DNA from: Balanoglossus misakiensis | Taxonomy: Eukaryota > Animalia > Hemichordata | Direction of reading: 5' to 3' | DNA length: 64,000 bases | Assembly (NCBI GenBank): GCA_040954595.2 | Contig: CM082585.2 | Span: 2,138,902 to 2,202,901 of the forward strand | Shown: piece after piece, positions 11,681 through 22,258 of the stretch | How the letters are laid out: every line of letters begins with the position of its first letter | Position numbering within the stretch: position 1 is the stretch's first letter | The notes under the pieces: generated by a model | Told to the model about the DNA's origin: nothing | The model's database searches: none | The model's input: the letters and a program-made list of their open reading frames with translations, nothing else | Program-made: the position numbers and the translations under genes

Positions 11681-14600
11681 TCATTGAGAAAGCGAATGTC
11701 ATCCTCGGCGACTGGGTGCTCGGTCATTTGAGAAATATTAACAGATGATTTGAAGAGTTGCTCATAACTTGGGTCAAGATGCCAGCGACTGAGCGCATCA
11801 GCCAGCCGGTTCTCGGTGCCTGCGATGTGCACAGCACGTAGCTCAAACTCGTGAATCGCTGCTACCAGCCATAATTCCCTCAAGCAAGACAGCATTAGTT
11901 TATCCCTAGCTCTACCGGTATTAATGACCCAAACTGTTGCCTGGTTGTCGCAAGAGACCTGTATTTTCTTTCCAGACCATCTATCACCCCAAATTTTTGC
12001 CGCTATAGTAATAGTGAGTAATTCGAGGGCATTAATGTGAGGGTCCCCAACCTTTACAAAGTCAGGGAACTCCACGTGGAAATACTCGTTGTCGCAAAGC
12101 CCCCCTCCCCCTTTTGGGCATGCATCCGAAGAAAATATTTCATCTGGCGGGCACCAACCTGACTCTTTAATGAGAGACACCCCATTATAAACCCTAATGA
12201 AATTAATCCACCACCGTAGATCTGCCTTGAAATCACTGTTTAGATAGATATGGTAGTGATTGCGGGTGACGGTACGCAACACATCTAGCATTCTCGCCAG
12301 GAATAGCCTACCAGGCTTGACACATTTGGCAATAAAGGAAAGCTTGCCTATGAGTGATTGCAGCTCGCGCTTAGTTGCTTTTGTTTTAGTGACCCATACA
12401 CCCAGCTCTTGCTCTATTTCATTAAGCCGGTCAGGAGTAACTTCCATAGTCATTGTAAGGGAGTTCAACTGGATTCCAAGAAAAGTCATGATTGATGACG
12501 GGGGCACCGCTTTGTGTTTGGCTTCTTGCAAACCCAGTCTATCCAGCGTGTCACCTAGCTCCGCAAATGCCTTGTGGGCTTTGTTGGAGGTCTCTGCACC
12601 ACCGAAGTCGTCAAGGTAATTAACACAGTCATACCCTTTCGTGGAATAGATATAAGAAACCGCATTAGTGGTGCGCTGGCAGGCTAGCGCTGCGGTTCGC
12701 AAGCCAAATGGCAATGTAAGGTCAAAGAACAATAAATTACGCCACGTGTAGCCCAGCAAATGGTAGTCCGCTGGATCGACTGGTATTTGCCGATAAGCTC
12801 TGCTTAAATCGCGCTTAAATAGGAGGCATCCCCTGCCCTTACGGGTCATCATTGCAGTGAAATCATCAATGGAAGGATATTGAAGCTGAAAACTCTCCCC
12901 AAGATATTCCCCTTTGGGGATACCGTCATTTACTGAATGGTGGATTGGGGAACTAAGATCAAAGACTATACGCCGATTAACACTATCTTTTTTTCGACAG
13001 TCTGAATGGGGGAAGTACTGAGTGGTGTGGCAAGGGGGTTAGTTAAGAACGGACCCGCTGTAGCCCCGGCTGCGACTTCGTTAATGATCCAGTTGTCGAC
13101 ATGCGCCGAGTAATTTATAGCTGATGGGTGGTTTTTCACTGTAGAGTATGGCAATTCTGAGGCTGTATAGTAGACGGGCCAACCATATTGTAGGTAATCG
13201 CAGATGATTTTGTCATCATATTGCTGCAATTCGGCTCGCCAAATTGGGATTTGAAGATTTGATGAAACGGGTATTCTGCAAAATTGAGAATTTGGTAAAC
13301 CTGATTCAACAACTATGTCATGAACGGTTATAACTTCTGTTAAATCAGGGGGTGACGCTTGTGGCCATGACGACGGGGGACAGACATCCCCGCCCACGGG
13401 AGTATCTGATAACTCAGAATACTGCATATCATTGCCCAGTGGATAAGTGTCTGGAACACTGTGATCAACAAGGGTGGGGTTGGGAGGCCCCATATTTGGA
13501 ACATTTTCCACAGTAAACATATCACTAACAAAGACATCGTGGTCATCACTGATCATACCGTCAGATGAACCATGAGCGCTAATCTCACATGCAAATTCAG
13601 TGGTATCACCGACGGTATGGGCTAGTGATTCAATAGGGATTTGCTTGTCAAGATCAGTCTCAATATCAGGTTCTATCAAATCAACTGTATGAGTTTTACA
13701 AAGGTATTTGTCAACATTATCCCTGCTAACAGAGGTATCAAAACAACCTGTGTGTTCAGAGGCAACATTGGCAATGGTACATGTTACTGGCTCGTCAATC
13801 GAAAGCACTGGTTCAGAAATACTACTAGGGTTAACAATAGCATCCCGCAAAACCTCCGGGTTGCACATTGACAGGCTTCTTGAAATATCAATCTCCATGT
13901 CAGTTTGTACAGAGCGATCACACTTGTGCACTGCCTGATCTGTGATGCCCATCAATGTATAAAAGTCATTGATATTACACTCCGTGCCTGCACTTTTGAC
14001 TCTATGGTTCAATTTAGGAATTAAATTGCTGTCACAGTCATGAGAGTCTTGTTTAGACTTATCTACCTCTGCTTTAAATCAAGGGGTGACGCTTGTGGCC
14101 ATGACGACGGGGGACAGACATCCCCGCCCACGGGAGTATCTGATAACTCAGAATACTGCATATCATTGCCCAGTGGATAAGTGTCTGGAACACTGTGATC
14201 AACAAGGGTGGGGTTGGGAGGCCCCATATTTGGAACATTTTCCACAGTAAACATATCACTAACAAAGACATCGTGGTCATCACTGATCATACCGTCAGAT
14301 GAACCATGAGCGCTAATCTCACATGCAAATTCAGTGGTATCACCGACGGTATGGGCTAGTGATTCAATAGGGATTTGCTTGACAAGATCAGTCTCAATAT
14401 CAGGTTCTATCAAATCAACTGTATGAGTTTTACAAAGGTATTTGTCAACATTATCCCTGCTAACAGAGGTATCAAAACAACCTGTGTGTTCAGAGGCAAC
14501 ATTGGCAATGGTACATGTTACTGGCTCGTCAATCGAAAGCACTGGTTCAGAAATACTACTAGGGTTAACAATAGCATCCCGCAAAACCTCCGGGTTGCAC

Positions 14601-15979
14601 ATTGACAGGCTTCTTGAAATATCAATCTCCATGTCAGTTTGTACAGAGCGATCACACTTGTGCACTGCCTGATCTGTGATGCCCATCAATGTATAAAAGT
14701 CATTGATATTACACTCCGTGCCTGCACTTTTGACTCTATGGTTCAATTTAGGAATTAAATTGCTGTCACAGTCATGAGAGTCTTGTTTAGACTTATCTAC
14801 CTCTGCTTTGCCAGAACTATCGGTCAACTTGTTGCTCTCTTGCTCTCTAAAGGCCTTATCCTTCCAGGGGCTGGCAATCTTGGGATGCTTGGCCAGGTTG
14901 TTACGCAACTTCATGCAGGCTTCACATATGTGTTTGAATGCGCAATCCTCCTTCTCGCACTTGTTACTTTGGTATTTGAAACATACATTAATCTGATCCT
15001 TCTTTTTGGATTTGTCCGCTGTTTTATCCCGTCTGATCTCGCCGATACGCGGCAGCAAATATAGCTCTCTCAGATCTGCGGTGTCATTTGCCCATGTTCT
15101 GAGTCCTGACTCCATGTCAGAGAGGAGCGCGCCCTCGAACTTCAAGATGGCGTCCCAGGGGAACAAATTGGCGTCTTTCATAAGCGACTGTAAGTGTTGT
15201 AATCGCTGCTGTTTCTCTGTGTCACTCAAAGTAGGAAGTTGCACTATCGCGAGATTACCTTCCACAAATTCCGCCATTGACATATCATCGAATTTTGGTG
15301 GGGCGCCCGAGAATGTCCGAGCCCTGACGAACATGTGCGGCCATAGGACGTGCTGTCGCACACGATCGGTTCTGGTGTTGAACCGCATCGATTTCATTGG
15401 TACGTTACCTGCTTTGCTCTGCGCTGCTGTGTATAAACCGGACTGTGCCAGGAGTTGGTTCGGTTGGAGGTCTTCACCGCCGCCAGCGGCCCCTGTCGCT
15501 GGTAGCCACGGACTGCCTGATGGTAACGACCACTGCAATTGTGAGTCTTCTTTCGCCATCCTCTTGAGATCGGGTAGCGTGAGTTGACTCAGGTCGTGAC
15601 TTCTGGGACTTCCGCTCGAAGCAGCTGGCGGGCTGCGTCGTTCCTTCTCCAGTTTCATTTCTTTTAGTTGTTTTCTTAAATTGTCTACTTCAGATTGCTC
15701 CTGCAGTCTCGCTATCTCCGCCTGCAACTTCTCTTTCTCTGACCTCACATCTTCCCCGTCAGATGAAGTGTCTTCTTCCTTGACAGGTTTGCTACATTTC
15801 CCGCCTTTCGAACGAGCTGACGCCATTGGTACTTTGGAAAGTTTGGTGGGGGGGACCACGCGAACTTTTCGACCGGTCGATGCTCTTGTCGTAGTCTTAC
15901 TGCGAGTTGCAGGTCCCTTTTTGGCGACTGGACTGGGCTCTATTCCCAAATCCAGCAGCTGTTGTTCAGCGTTCTCCAT
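11674..15979 (-). pseudogene. Gag-RT-RNaseH, copy 1, disrupted
   Basis: Near-identical to copy 2. It is broken by a 734-bp tandem duplication (junction about 14075) and a 1-bp shorter T-run at 12988-12994, which split it into ORFs 14063-15979, 12966-14012 and 11674-12852. Confidence 0.9.
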
Positions 15980-16310
15980 AATAACGGTGAGAAATTGAAA
16001 TTGAGGCAGAGAGAGCGTGCACTGCAGGACACGCTCCGAACCCTTGAAGTGGCCGTGAGTGATGGATTATGGGATTTTTGAGGCTCGTTTGAGGTTGAGG
16101 GCGCCCCTTTTCGAGTTGCTTAATTGGGTAACATTATGCCGTTGATCGCAATGTTACCTAAATTACTTGAGATCTCTCTAACACACAAACCAAGGACACA
16201 GGTTTGGCAGCTGAAGGCAAGAGCCATTATTTATTTACGTGAACTGGGGGCTCTTGCAGGCCCAACCACTGCCAAACCCGGTCCGCCTCTCTGCTAGTGC
16301 CACAGTAAAA

Positions 16311-17336
16311 TCAGTGTGACGCGGAGATGTCTTTAATATGCTGACCCATTTGAAAGGACACCAGATAACGAGTCTGAAATGGAATGTTAAGATAACGGAG
16401 ATACGCGCTGGATTGCCAATCCCCTTGGAGTTTGATAAGCTCCCCAGGGACCCCACTTTCGAATGCAAAGGTTGCACCCCCACGACGGAGGCTGTGACCC
16501 GAGTACATGTCAGCAGGAAAGCCTGCCCTCTGAACTAAACATTTGATACTTTTCACCAGCCCTGAATGGGTCAAGGGGACCAATTTGCCACATTTGGGAA
16601 AAACAAATGCTGGGCTAGAGGGTGGGGCTGGGATGATCTCACACATGTGATTGTATGCCTGTAAAGGGCACAACACCGAACCTGGAATGCGGGCAAGTGG
16701 AATAGTCAAACAGCGTTCGCGAAACTGAATGGTTTTTGACCAAGTCACGCCGATTATAAGGCCAGAATCTGAGGAAATGACTTTACCCCTACAGAGGTGT
16801 TTAGCCGGATCAAAGTCGGTTGCAGACTTCGGAACAAGATTTGACTTGCGAAAAAAGGAGAAAAACCCTATCAAAAGGCATGCCCACAAAGTAACATCGA
16901 ATGGAACAGCCACATCTAGAAGCCCGAAAAACTGTAGCAACAACTGGGGGGTGATGGGTAATTTCTGCCTCACCGGCTGGAAAGTGCTACGGGAAAGACA
17001 TTTCAAAAGTAATTTGACAACATACTGATCAGCGGCCAATGGCGTGAAGCCATGGATTCTATGCAAGGTACGAATTGCGTACAAATAATTCTGAATGGTG
17101 CCAGTAGCAGTTACTGATCTTGCAAGAAACTGGATAAATCTACACACTGTAAGAACAGATGCTGGAACAGGAGTAAAATTGAAAAACTGACAAAACAGGA
17201 AGTAACTCTTCAACTGTGACGACAAATTCCGACGAGTTCCTTCCGCTAATGCTGACCTCATTGAGATAGCGATTTGAGCGTCTAAGGCTTGGATAGTTTG
17301 GCAGTGATCTGAAATAAAAATAAAATCAGTCACCAC
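16311..17336 (-). CDS. Tyrosine recombinase, copy 2 (intact frame)
   Basis: Same catalytic motifs as copy 1. The frame starts right after a TGA with GTG and contains a splice-acceptor-like tract ending at 17309. Confidence 0.93.
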   Translation of the reverse strand: MVTDFIFISDHCQTIQALDAQIAISMRSALAEGTRRNLSSQLKSYFLFCQFFNFTPVPASVLTVCRFIQFLARSVTATGTIQNYLYAIRTLHRIHGFTPLAADQYVVKLLLKCLSRSTFQPVRQKLPITPQLLLQFFGLLDVAVPFDVTLWACLLIGFFSFFRKSNLVPKSATDFDPAKHLCRGKVISSDSGLIIGVTWSKTIQFRERCLTIPLARIPGSVLCPLQAYNHMCEIIPAPPSSPAFVFPKCGKLVPLTHSGLVKSIKCLVQRAGFPADMYSGHSLRRGGATFAFESGVPGELIKLQGDWQSSAYLRYLNIPFQTRYLVSFQMGQHIKDISASH

Positions 17337-20300
17337 TCATTGAGAAAGCGAATGTCATCCTCGGCGACTGGGTGCTCGGTCATTTGAGAAATATTAACAG
17401 ATGATTTGAAGAGTTGCTCATAACTTGGGTCAAGATGCCAGCGACTGAGCGCATCAGCCAGCCGGTTCTCGGTGCCTGCGATGTGCACAGCACGTAGCTC
17501 AAACTCGTGAATCGCTGCTACCAGCCATAATTCCCTCAAGCAAGACAGCATTAGTTTATCCCTAGCTCTACCGGTATTAATGACCCAAACTGTTGCCTGG
17601 TTGTCGCAAGAGACCTGTATTTTCTTTCCAGACCATCTATCACCCCAAATTTTTGCCGCTATAGTAATAGTGAGTAATTCGAGGGCATTAATGTGAGGGT
17701 CCCCAACCTTTACAAAGTCAGGGAACTCCACGTGGAAATACTCGTTGTCGCAAAGCCCCCCTCCCCCTGTTGGGCATGCATCCGAAGAAAATATTTCATC
17801 TGGCGGGCACCAACCTGACTCTTTAATGAGAGACACCCCATTATAAACCCTAATGAAATTAATCCACCACCGTAGATCTGCCTTGAAATCACTGTTTAGA
17901 TAGATATGGTAGTGATTGCGGGTGACGGTACGCAACACATCTAGCATTCTCGCCAGGAATAGCCTACCAGGCTTGACACATTTGGCAATAAAGGAAAGCT
18001 TGCCTATGAGTGATTGCAGCTCGCGCTTAGTTGCTTTTGTTTTAGTGACCCATACACCCAGCTCTTGCTCTATTTCATTAAGCCGGTCAGGAGTAACTTC
18101 CATAGTCATTGTAAGGGAGTTCAACTGGATTCCAAGAAAAGTCATGATTGATGACGGGGGCACCGCTTTGTGTTTGGCTTCTTGCAAACCCAGTCTATCC
18201 AGCGTGTCACCTAGCTCCGCAAATGCCTTGTGGGCTTTGTTGGAGGTCTCTGCACCACCGAAGTCGTCAAGGTAACTAACACAGTCATACCCTTTCGTGG
18301 AATAGATATAAGAAACCGCATTAGTGGTGCGCTGGCAGGCTAGCGCTGCGGTTCGCAAGCCAAATGGCAATGTAAGGTCAAAGAACAATAAATTACGCCA
18401 CGTGTAGCCCAGCAAATGGTAGTCCGCTGGATCGACTGGTATTTGCCGATAAGCTCTGCTTAAATCGCGCTTAAATAGGAGGCATCCCCTGCCCTTACGG
18501 GTCATCATTGCAGTGAAATCATCAATGGAAGGATATTGAAGCTGAAAACTCTCCCCAAGATATTCCCCTTTGGGGATACCGTCATTTACTGAATGGTGGA
18601 TTGGGGAACTAAGATCAAAGACTATACGCCGATTAACACTATCTTTTTTTTCGACAGTCTGAATGGGGGAAGTACTGAGTGGTGTGGCAAGGGGGTTAGT
18701 TAAGAACGGACCCGCTGTAGCCCCGGCTGCGACTTCGTTAATGATCCAGTTGTCGACATGCGCCGAGTAATTTATAGCTGATGGGTGGTTTTTCACTGTA
18801 GAGTATGGCAATTCTGAGGCTGTATAGTAGACGGGCCAACCATATTGTAGGTAATCGCAGATGATTTTGTCATCATATTGCTGCAATTCGGCTCGCCAAG
18901 TTGGGATTTGAAGATTTGATGAAACGGGTATTCTGCAAAATTGAGAATTTGGTAAACCTGATTCAACAACTATGTCATGAACGGTTATAACTTCTGTTAA
19001 ATCAGGGGGTGACGCTTGTGGCCATGACGACGGGGGACAGACATCCCCGCCCACGGGAGTATCTGATAACTCAGAATACTGCATATCATTGCCCAGTGGA
19101 TAAGTGTCTGGAACACTGTGATCAACAAGGGTGGGGTTGGGAGGCCCCATATTTGGAACATTTTCCACAGTAAACATATCACTAACAAAGACATCGTGGT
19201 CATCACTGATCATACCGTCAGATGAACCATGAGCGCTAATCTCACATGCAAATTCAGTGGTATCACCGACGGTATGGGCTAGTGATTCAATAGGGATTTG
19301 CTTGTCAAGATCAGTCTCAATATCAGGTTCTATCAAATCAACTGTATGAGTTTTACAAAGGTATTTGTCAACATTATCCCTGCTAACAGAGGTATCAAAA
19401 CAACCTGTATATTCAGAGGCAACATTGGCAATGGTACATGTTACTGGCTCGTCAATCGAAAGCACTGGTTCAGAAATACTACTAGGGTTAACAATAGCAT
19501 CCCGCAAAACCTCCGGGTTGCACATTGACAGGCTTCTTGAAATATCAATCTCCATGTCAGTTTGTACAGAGCGATCACACTTGTGCACTGCCTGATCTGT
19601 GATGCCCATCAATGTATAAAAGTCATTGATATTACACTCCGTGCCTGCACTTTTGACTCTATGGTTCAATTTAGGAATTAAATTGCTGTCACAGTCATGA
19701 GAGTCTTGTTTAGACTTATCTACCTCTGCTTTGCCAGAACTATCGGTCAACTTGTTGCTCTCTTGCTCTCTAAAGGCCTTATCCTTCCAGGGGCTGGCAA
19801 TCTTGGGATGCTTGGCCAGGTTGTTACGCAACTTCATGCAGGCTTCACATATGTGTTTGAATGCGCAATCCTCCTTCTCGCACTTGTTACTTTGGTATTT
19901 GAAACATACATTAATCTGATCCTTCTTTTTGGATTTGTCCGCTGTTTTATCCCGTCTGATCTCGCCGATACGCGGCAGCAAATATAGCTCTCTCAGATCT
20001 GCGGTGTCATTTGCCCATGTTCTGAGTCCTGACTCCATGTCAGAGAGGAGCGCGCCCTCGAACTTCAAGATGGCGTCCCAGGGAAACAAATTGGCGTCTT
20101 TCATAAGCGACTGTAAGTGTTGTAATCGCTGCTGTTTCTCTGTGTCACTCAAAGTAGGAAGTTGCACTATCGCGAGATTACCTTCCACAAATTCCGCCAT
20201 TGACATATCATCGAATTTTGGTGGGGCGCCCGAGAATGTCCGAGCCCTGACGAACATGTGCGGCCATAGGACGTGCTGTCGCACACGATCGGTTCTGGTG

Positions 20301-20902
20301 TTGAACCGCATCGATTTCATTGGTACGTTACCTGCTTTGCTCTGCGCTGCTGTGTATAAACCGGACTGTGCCAGGAGTTGGTTCGGTTGGAGGTCTTCAC
20401 CGCCGCCAGCGGCCCCTGTCGCTGGTAGCCACGGACTGCCTGATGGTAACGACCACTGCAATTGTGAGTCTTCTTTCGCCATCCTCTTGAGATCGGGTAG
20501 CGTGAGTTGACTCAGGTCGTGACTTCTGGGACTTCCGCTCGAAGCGGCTGGCGGGCTGCGTCGTTCCTTCTCCAGTTTCATTTCTTTTAGTTGTTTTCTT
20601 AAATTGTCTACTTCAGATTGCTCCTGCAGTCTCGCTATCTCCGCCTGCAACTTCTCTTTCTCTGACCTCACATCTTCCCCGTCAGATGAAGTGTCTTCTT
20701 CCTTGACAGGTTTGCTACATTTCCCGCCTTTCGAACGAGCTGACGCCATTGGTACTTTGGAAAGTTTGGTGGGGGGGACCACGCGAACTTTTCGACCGGT
20801 CGATGCTCTTGTCGTAGTCTTACTGCGAGTTGCAGGTCCCTTTTTGGCGACTGGACTGGGCTCTATTCCCAAATCCAGCAGCTGTTGTTCAGCGTTCTCC
20901 AT
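17330..20902 (-). CDS. Fused Gag-RT-RNaseH polyprotein, copy 2 (1190 aa)
   Basis: Coiled-coil-like EKEKLQAEIARLQEQSEVDNLRKQLKEMK. Cys/His finger CFKYQSNKCEKEDCAFKHICEAC..H. RT motifs: KRDLSRAYRQIP, LPFG, YLDDF, FLG. RNase H motifs: SSDAC, HINALELL, CDNQA, HIAGTENRLADALSR. Confidence 0.94.
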   Translation of the reverse strand: MENAEQQLLDLGIEPSPVAKKGPATRSKTTTRASTGRKVRVVPPTKLSKVPMASARSKGGKCSKPVKEEDTSSDGEDVRSEKEKLQAEIARLQEQSEVDNLRKQLKEMKLEKERRSPPAASSGSPRSHDLSQLTLPDLKRMAKEDSQLQWSLPSGSPWLPATGAAGGGEDLQPNQLLAQSGLYTAAQSKAGNVPMKSMRFNTRTDRVRQHVLWPHMFVRARTFSGAPPKFDDMSMAEFVEGNLAIVQLPTLSDTEKQQRLQHLQSLMKDANLFPWDAILKFEGALLSDMESGLRTWANDTADLRELYLLPRIGEIRRDKTADKSKKKDQINVCFKYQSNKCEKEDCAFKHICEACMKLRNNLAKHPKIASPWKDKAFREQESNKLTDSSGKAEVDKSKQDSHDCDSNLIPKLNHRVKSAGTECNINDFYTLMGITDQAVHKCDRSVQTDMEIDISRSLSMCNPEVLRDAIVNPSSISEPVLSIDEPVTCTIANVASEYTGCFDTSVSRDNVDKYLCKTHTVDLIEPDIETDLDKQIPIESLAHTVGDTTEFACEISAHGSSDGMISDDHDVFVSDMFTVENVPNMGPPNPTLVDHSVPDTYPLGNDMQYSELSDTPVGGDVCPPSSWPQASPPDLTEVITVHDIVVESGLPNSQFCRIPVSSNLQIPTWRAELQQYDDKIICDYLQYGWPVYYTASELPYSTVKNHPSAINYSAHVDNWIINEVAAGATAGPFLTNPLATPLSTSPIQTVEKKDSVNRRIVFDLSSPIHHSVNDGIPKGEYLGESFQLQYPSIDDFTAMMTRKGRGCLLFKRDLSRAYRQIPVDPADYHLLGYTWRNLLFFDLTLPFGLRTAALACQRTTNAVSYIYSTKGYDCVSYLDDFGGAETSNKAHKAFAELGDTLDRLGLQEAKHKAVPPSSIMTFLGIQLNSLTMTMEVTPDRLNEIEQELGVWVTKTKATKRELQSLIGKLSFIAKCVKPGRLFLARMLDVLRTVTRNHYHIYLNSDFKADLRWWINFIRVYNGVSLIKESGWCPPDEIFSSDACPTGGGGLCDNEYFHVEFPDFVKVGDPHINALELLTITIAAKIWGDRWSGKKIQVSCDNQATVWVINTGRARDKLMLSCLRELWLVAAIHEFELRAVHIAGTENRLADALSRWHLDPSYEQLFKSSVNISQMTEHPVAEDDIRFLNEW

Positions 20903-21233
20903 AATAACGGTGAGAAATTGAAATTGAGGCAGAGAGAGCGTGCACTGCAGGACACGCTCCGAACCCTTGAAGTGGCCGTGAGTGATGGATTATGGGATTT
21001 TTGAGGCTCGTTTGAGGTTGAGGGCGCCCCTTTTCGAGTTGCTTAATTGGGTAACATTATGCCGTTGATCGCAATGTTACCTAAATTACTTGAGATCTCT
21101 CTAACACACAAACCAAGGACACAGGTTTGGCAGCTGAAGGCAAGAGCCATTATTTATTTACGTGAACTGGGGGCTCTTGCAGGCCCAACCACTGCCAAAC
21201 CCGGTCCGCCTCTCTGCTAGTGCCACAGTAAAA

Positions 21234-22258
21234 TCAGTGTGACGCGGAGATGTCTTTAATATGCTGACCCATTTGAAAGGACACCAGATAACGAGTCTGA
21301 AATGGAATGTTAAGATAACGGAGATACGCGCTGGATTGCCAATCCCCTTGGAGTTTGATAAGCTCCCCAGGGACCCCACTTTCGAATGCAAAGGTTGCAC
21401 CCCCACGACGGAGGCTGTGACCCGAGTACATGTCAGCAGGAAAGCCTGCCCTCTGAACTAAACATTTGATACTTTTCACCAGCCCTGAATGGGTCAAGGG
21501 GACCAATTTGCCACATTTGGGAAAATGAATGCTGGGCTAGAGGGTGGGGCTGGGATGATCTCACACATGTGATTGTATGCCTGTAAAGGGCACAACACCG
21601 AACCTGGAATGCGGGCAAGTGGAATAGTCAAACAGCGTTCGCGAAACTGAATGGTTTTTGACCAAGTCACGCCGATTATAAGGCCAGAATCTGAGGAAAT
21701 GACTTTACCCCTACAGAGGTGTTTAGCCGGATCAAAGTCGGTTGCAGACTTCGGAACAAGATTTGACTTGCGAAAAAAGGAGAAAAACCCTATCAAAAGG
21801 CATGCCCACAAAGTAACATCGAATGGAACAGCCACATCTAGAAGCCCGAAAAACTGTAGCAACAACTGGGGGGTGATGGGTAATTTCTGCCTCACTGGCT
21901 GGAAAGTGCTACGGGAAAGACATTTCAAAAGTAATTTGACAACATACTGATCAGCGGCCAATGGCGTGAAGCCATGGATTCTATGCAAGGTACGAATTGC
22001 GTACAAATAATTCTGAATGGTGCCAGTAGCAGTTACTGATCTTGCAAGAAACTGGATAAATCTACACACTGTAAGAACAGATGCTGGAACAGGAGTAAAA
22101 TTGAAAAACTGACAAAACAGGAAGTAACTCTTCAACTGTGACGACAAATTCCGACGAGTTCCTTCCGCTAATGCTGACCTCATTGAGATAGCGATTTGAG
22201 CGTCTAAGGCTTGGATAGTTTGGCAGTGATCTGAAATAAAAATAAAATCAGTCACCAC
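21234..22258 (-). pseudogene. Tyrosine recombinase, copy 3, frameshifted
   Basis: GGGAAAATGAATG at about 21519-21531 replaces GGGAAAAACAAATG of copies 1 and 2 (net -1 nt). This separates HSLRRGG and the catalytic Tyr from the N-terminal part. Confidence 0.88.

Noticed and set aside
15006-15587. 193-aa plus-strand ORF and other antisense ORFs repeated in each unit
   Set aside because: They are shadows of gag/pol/YR. They recur only because the units are near-identical, and they contain no motifs.
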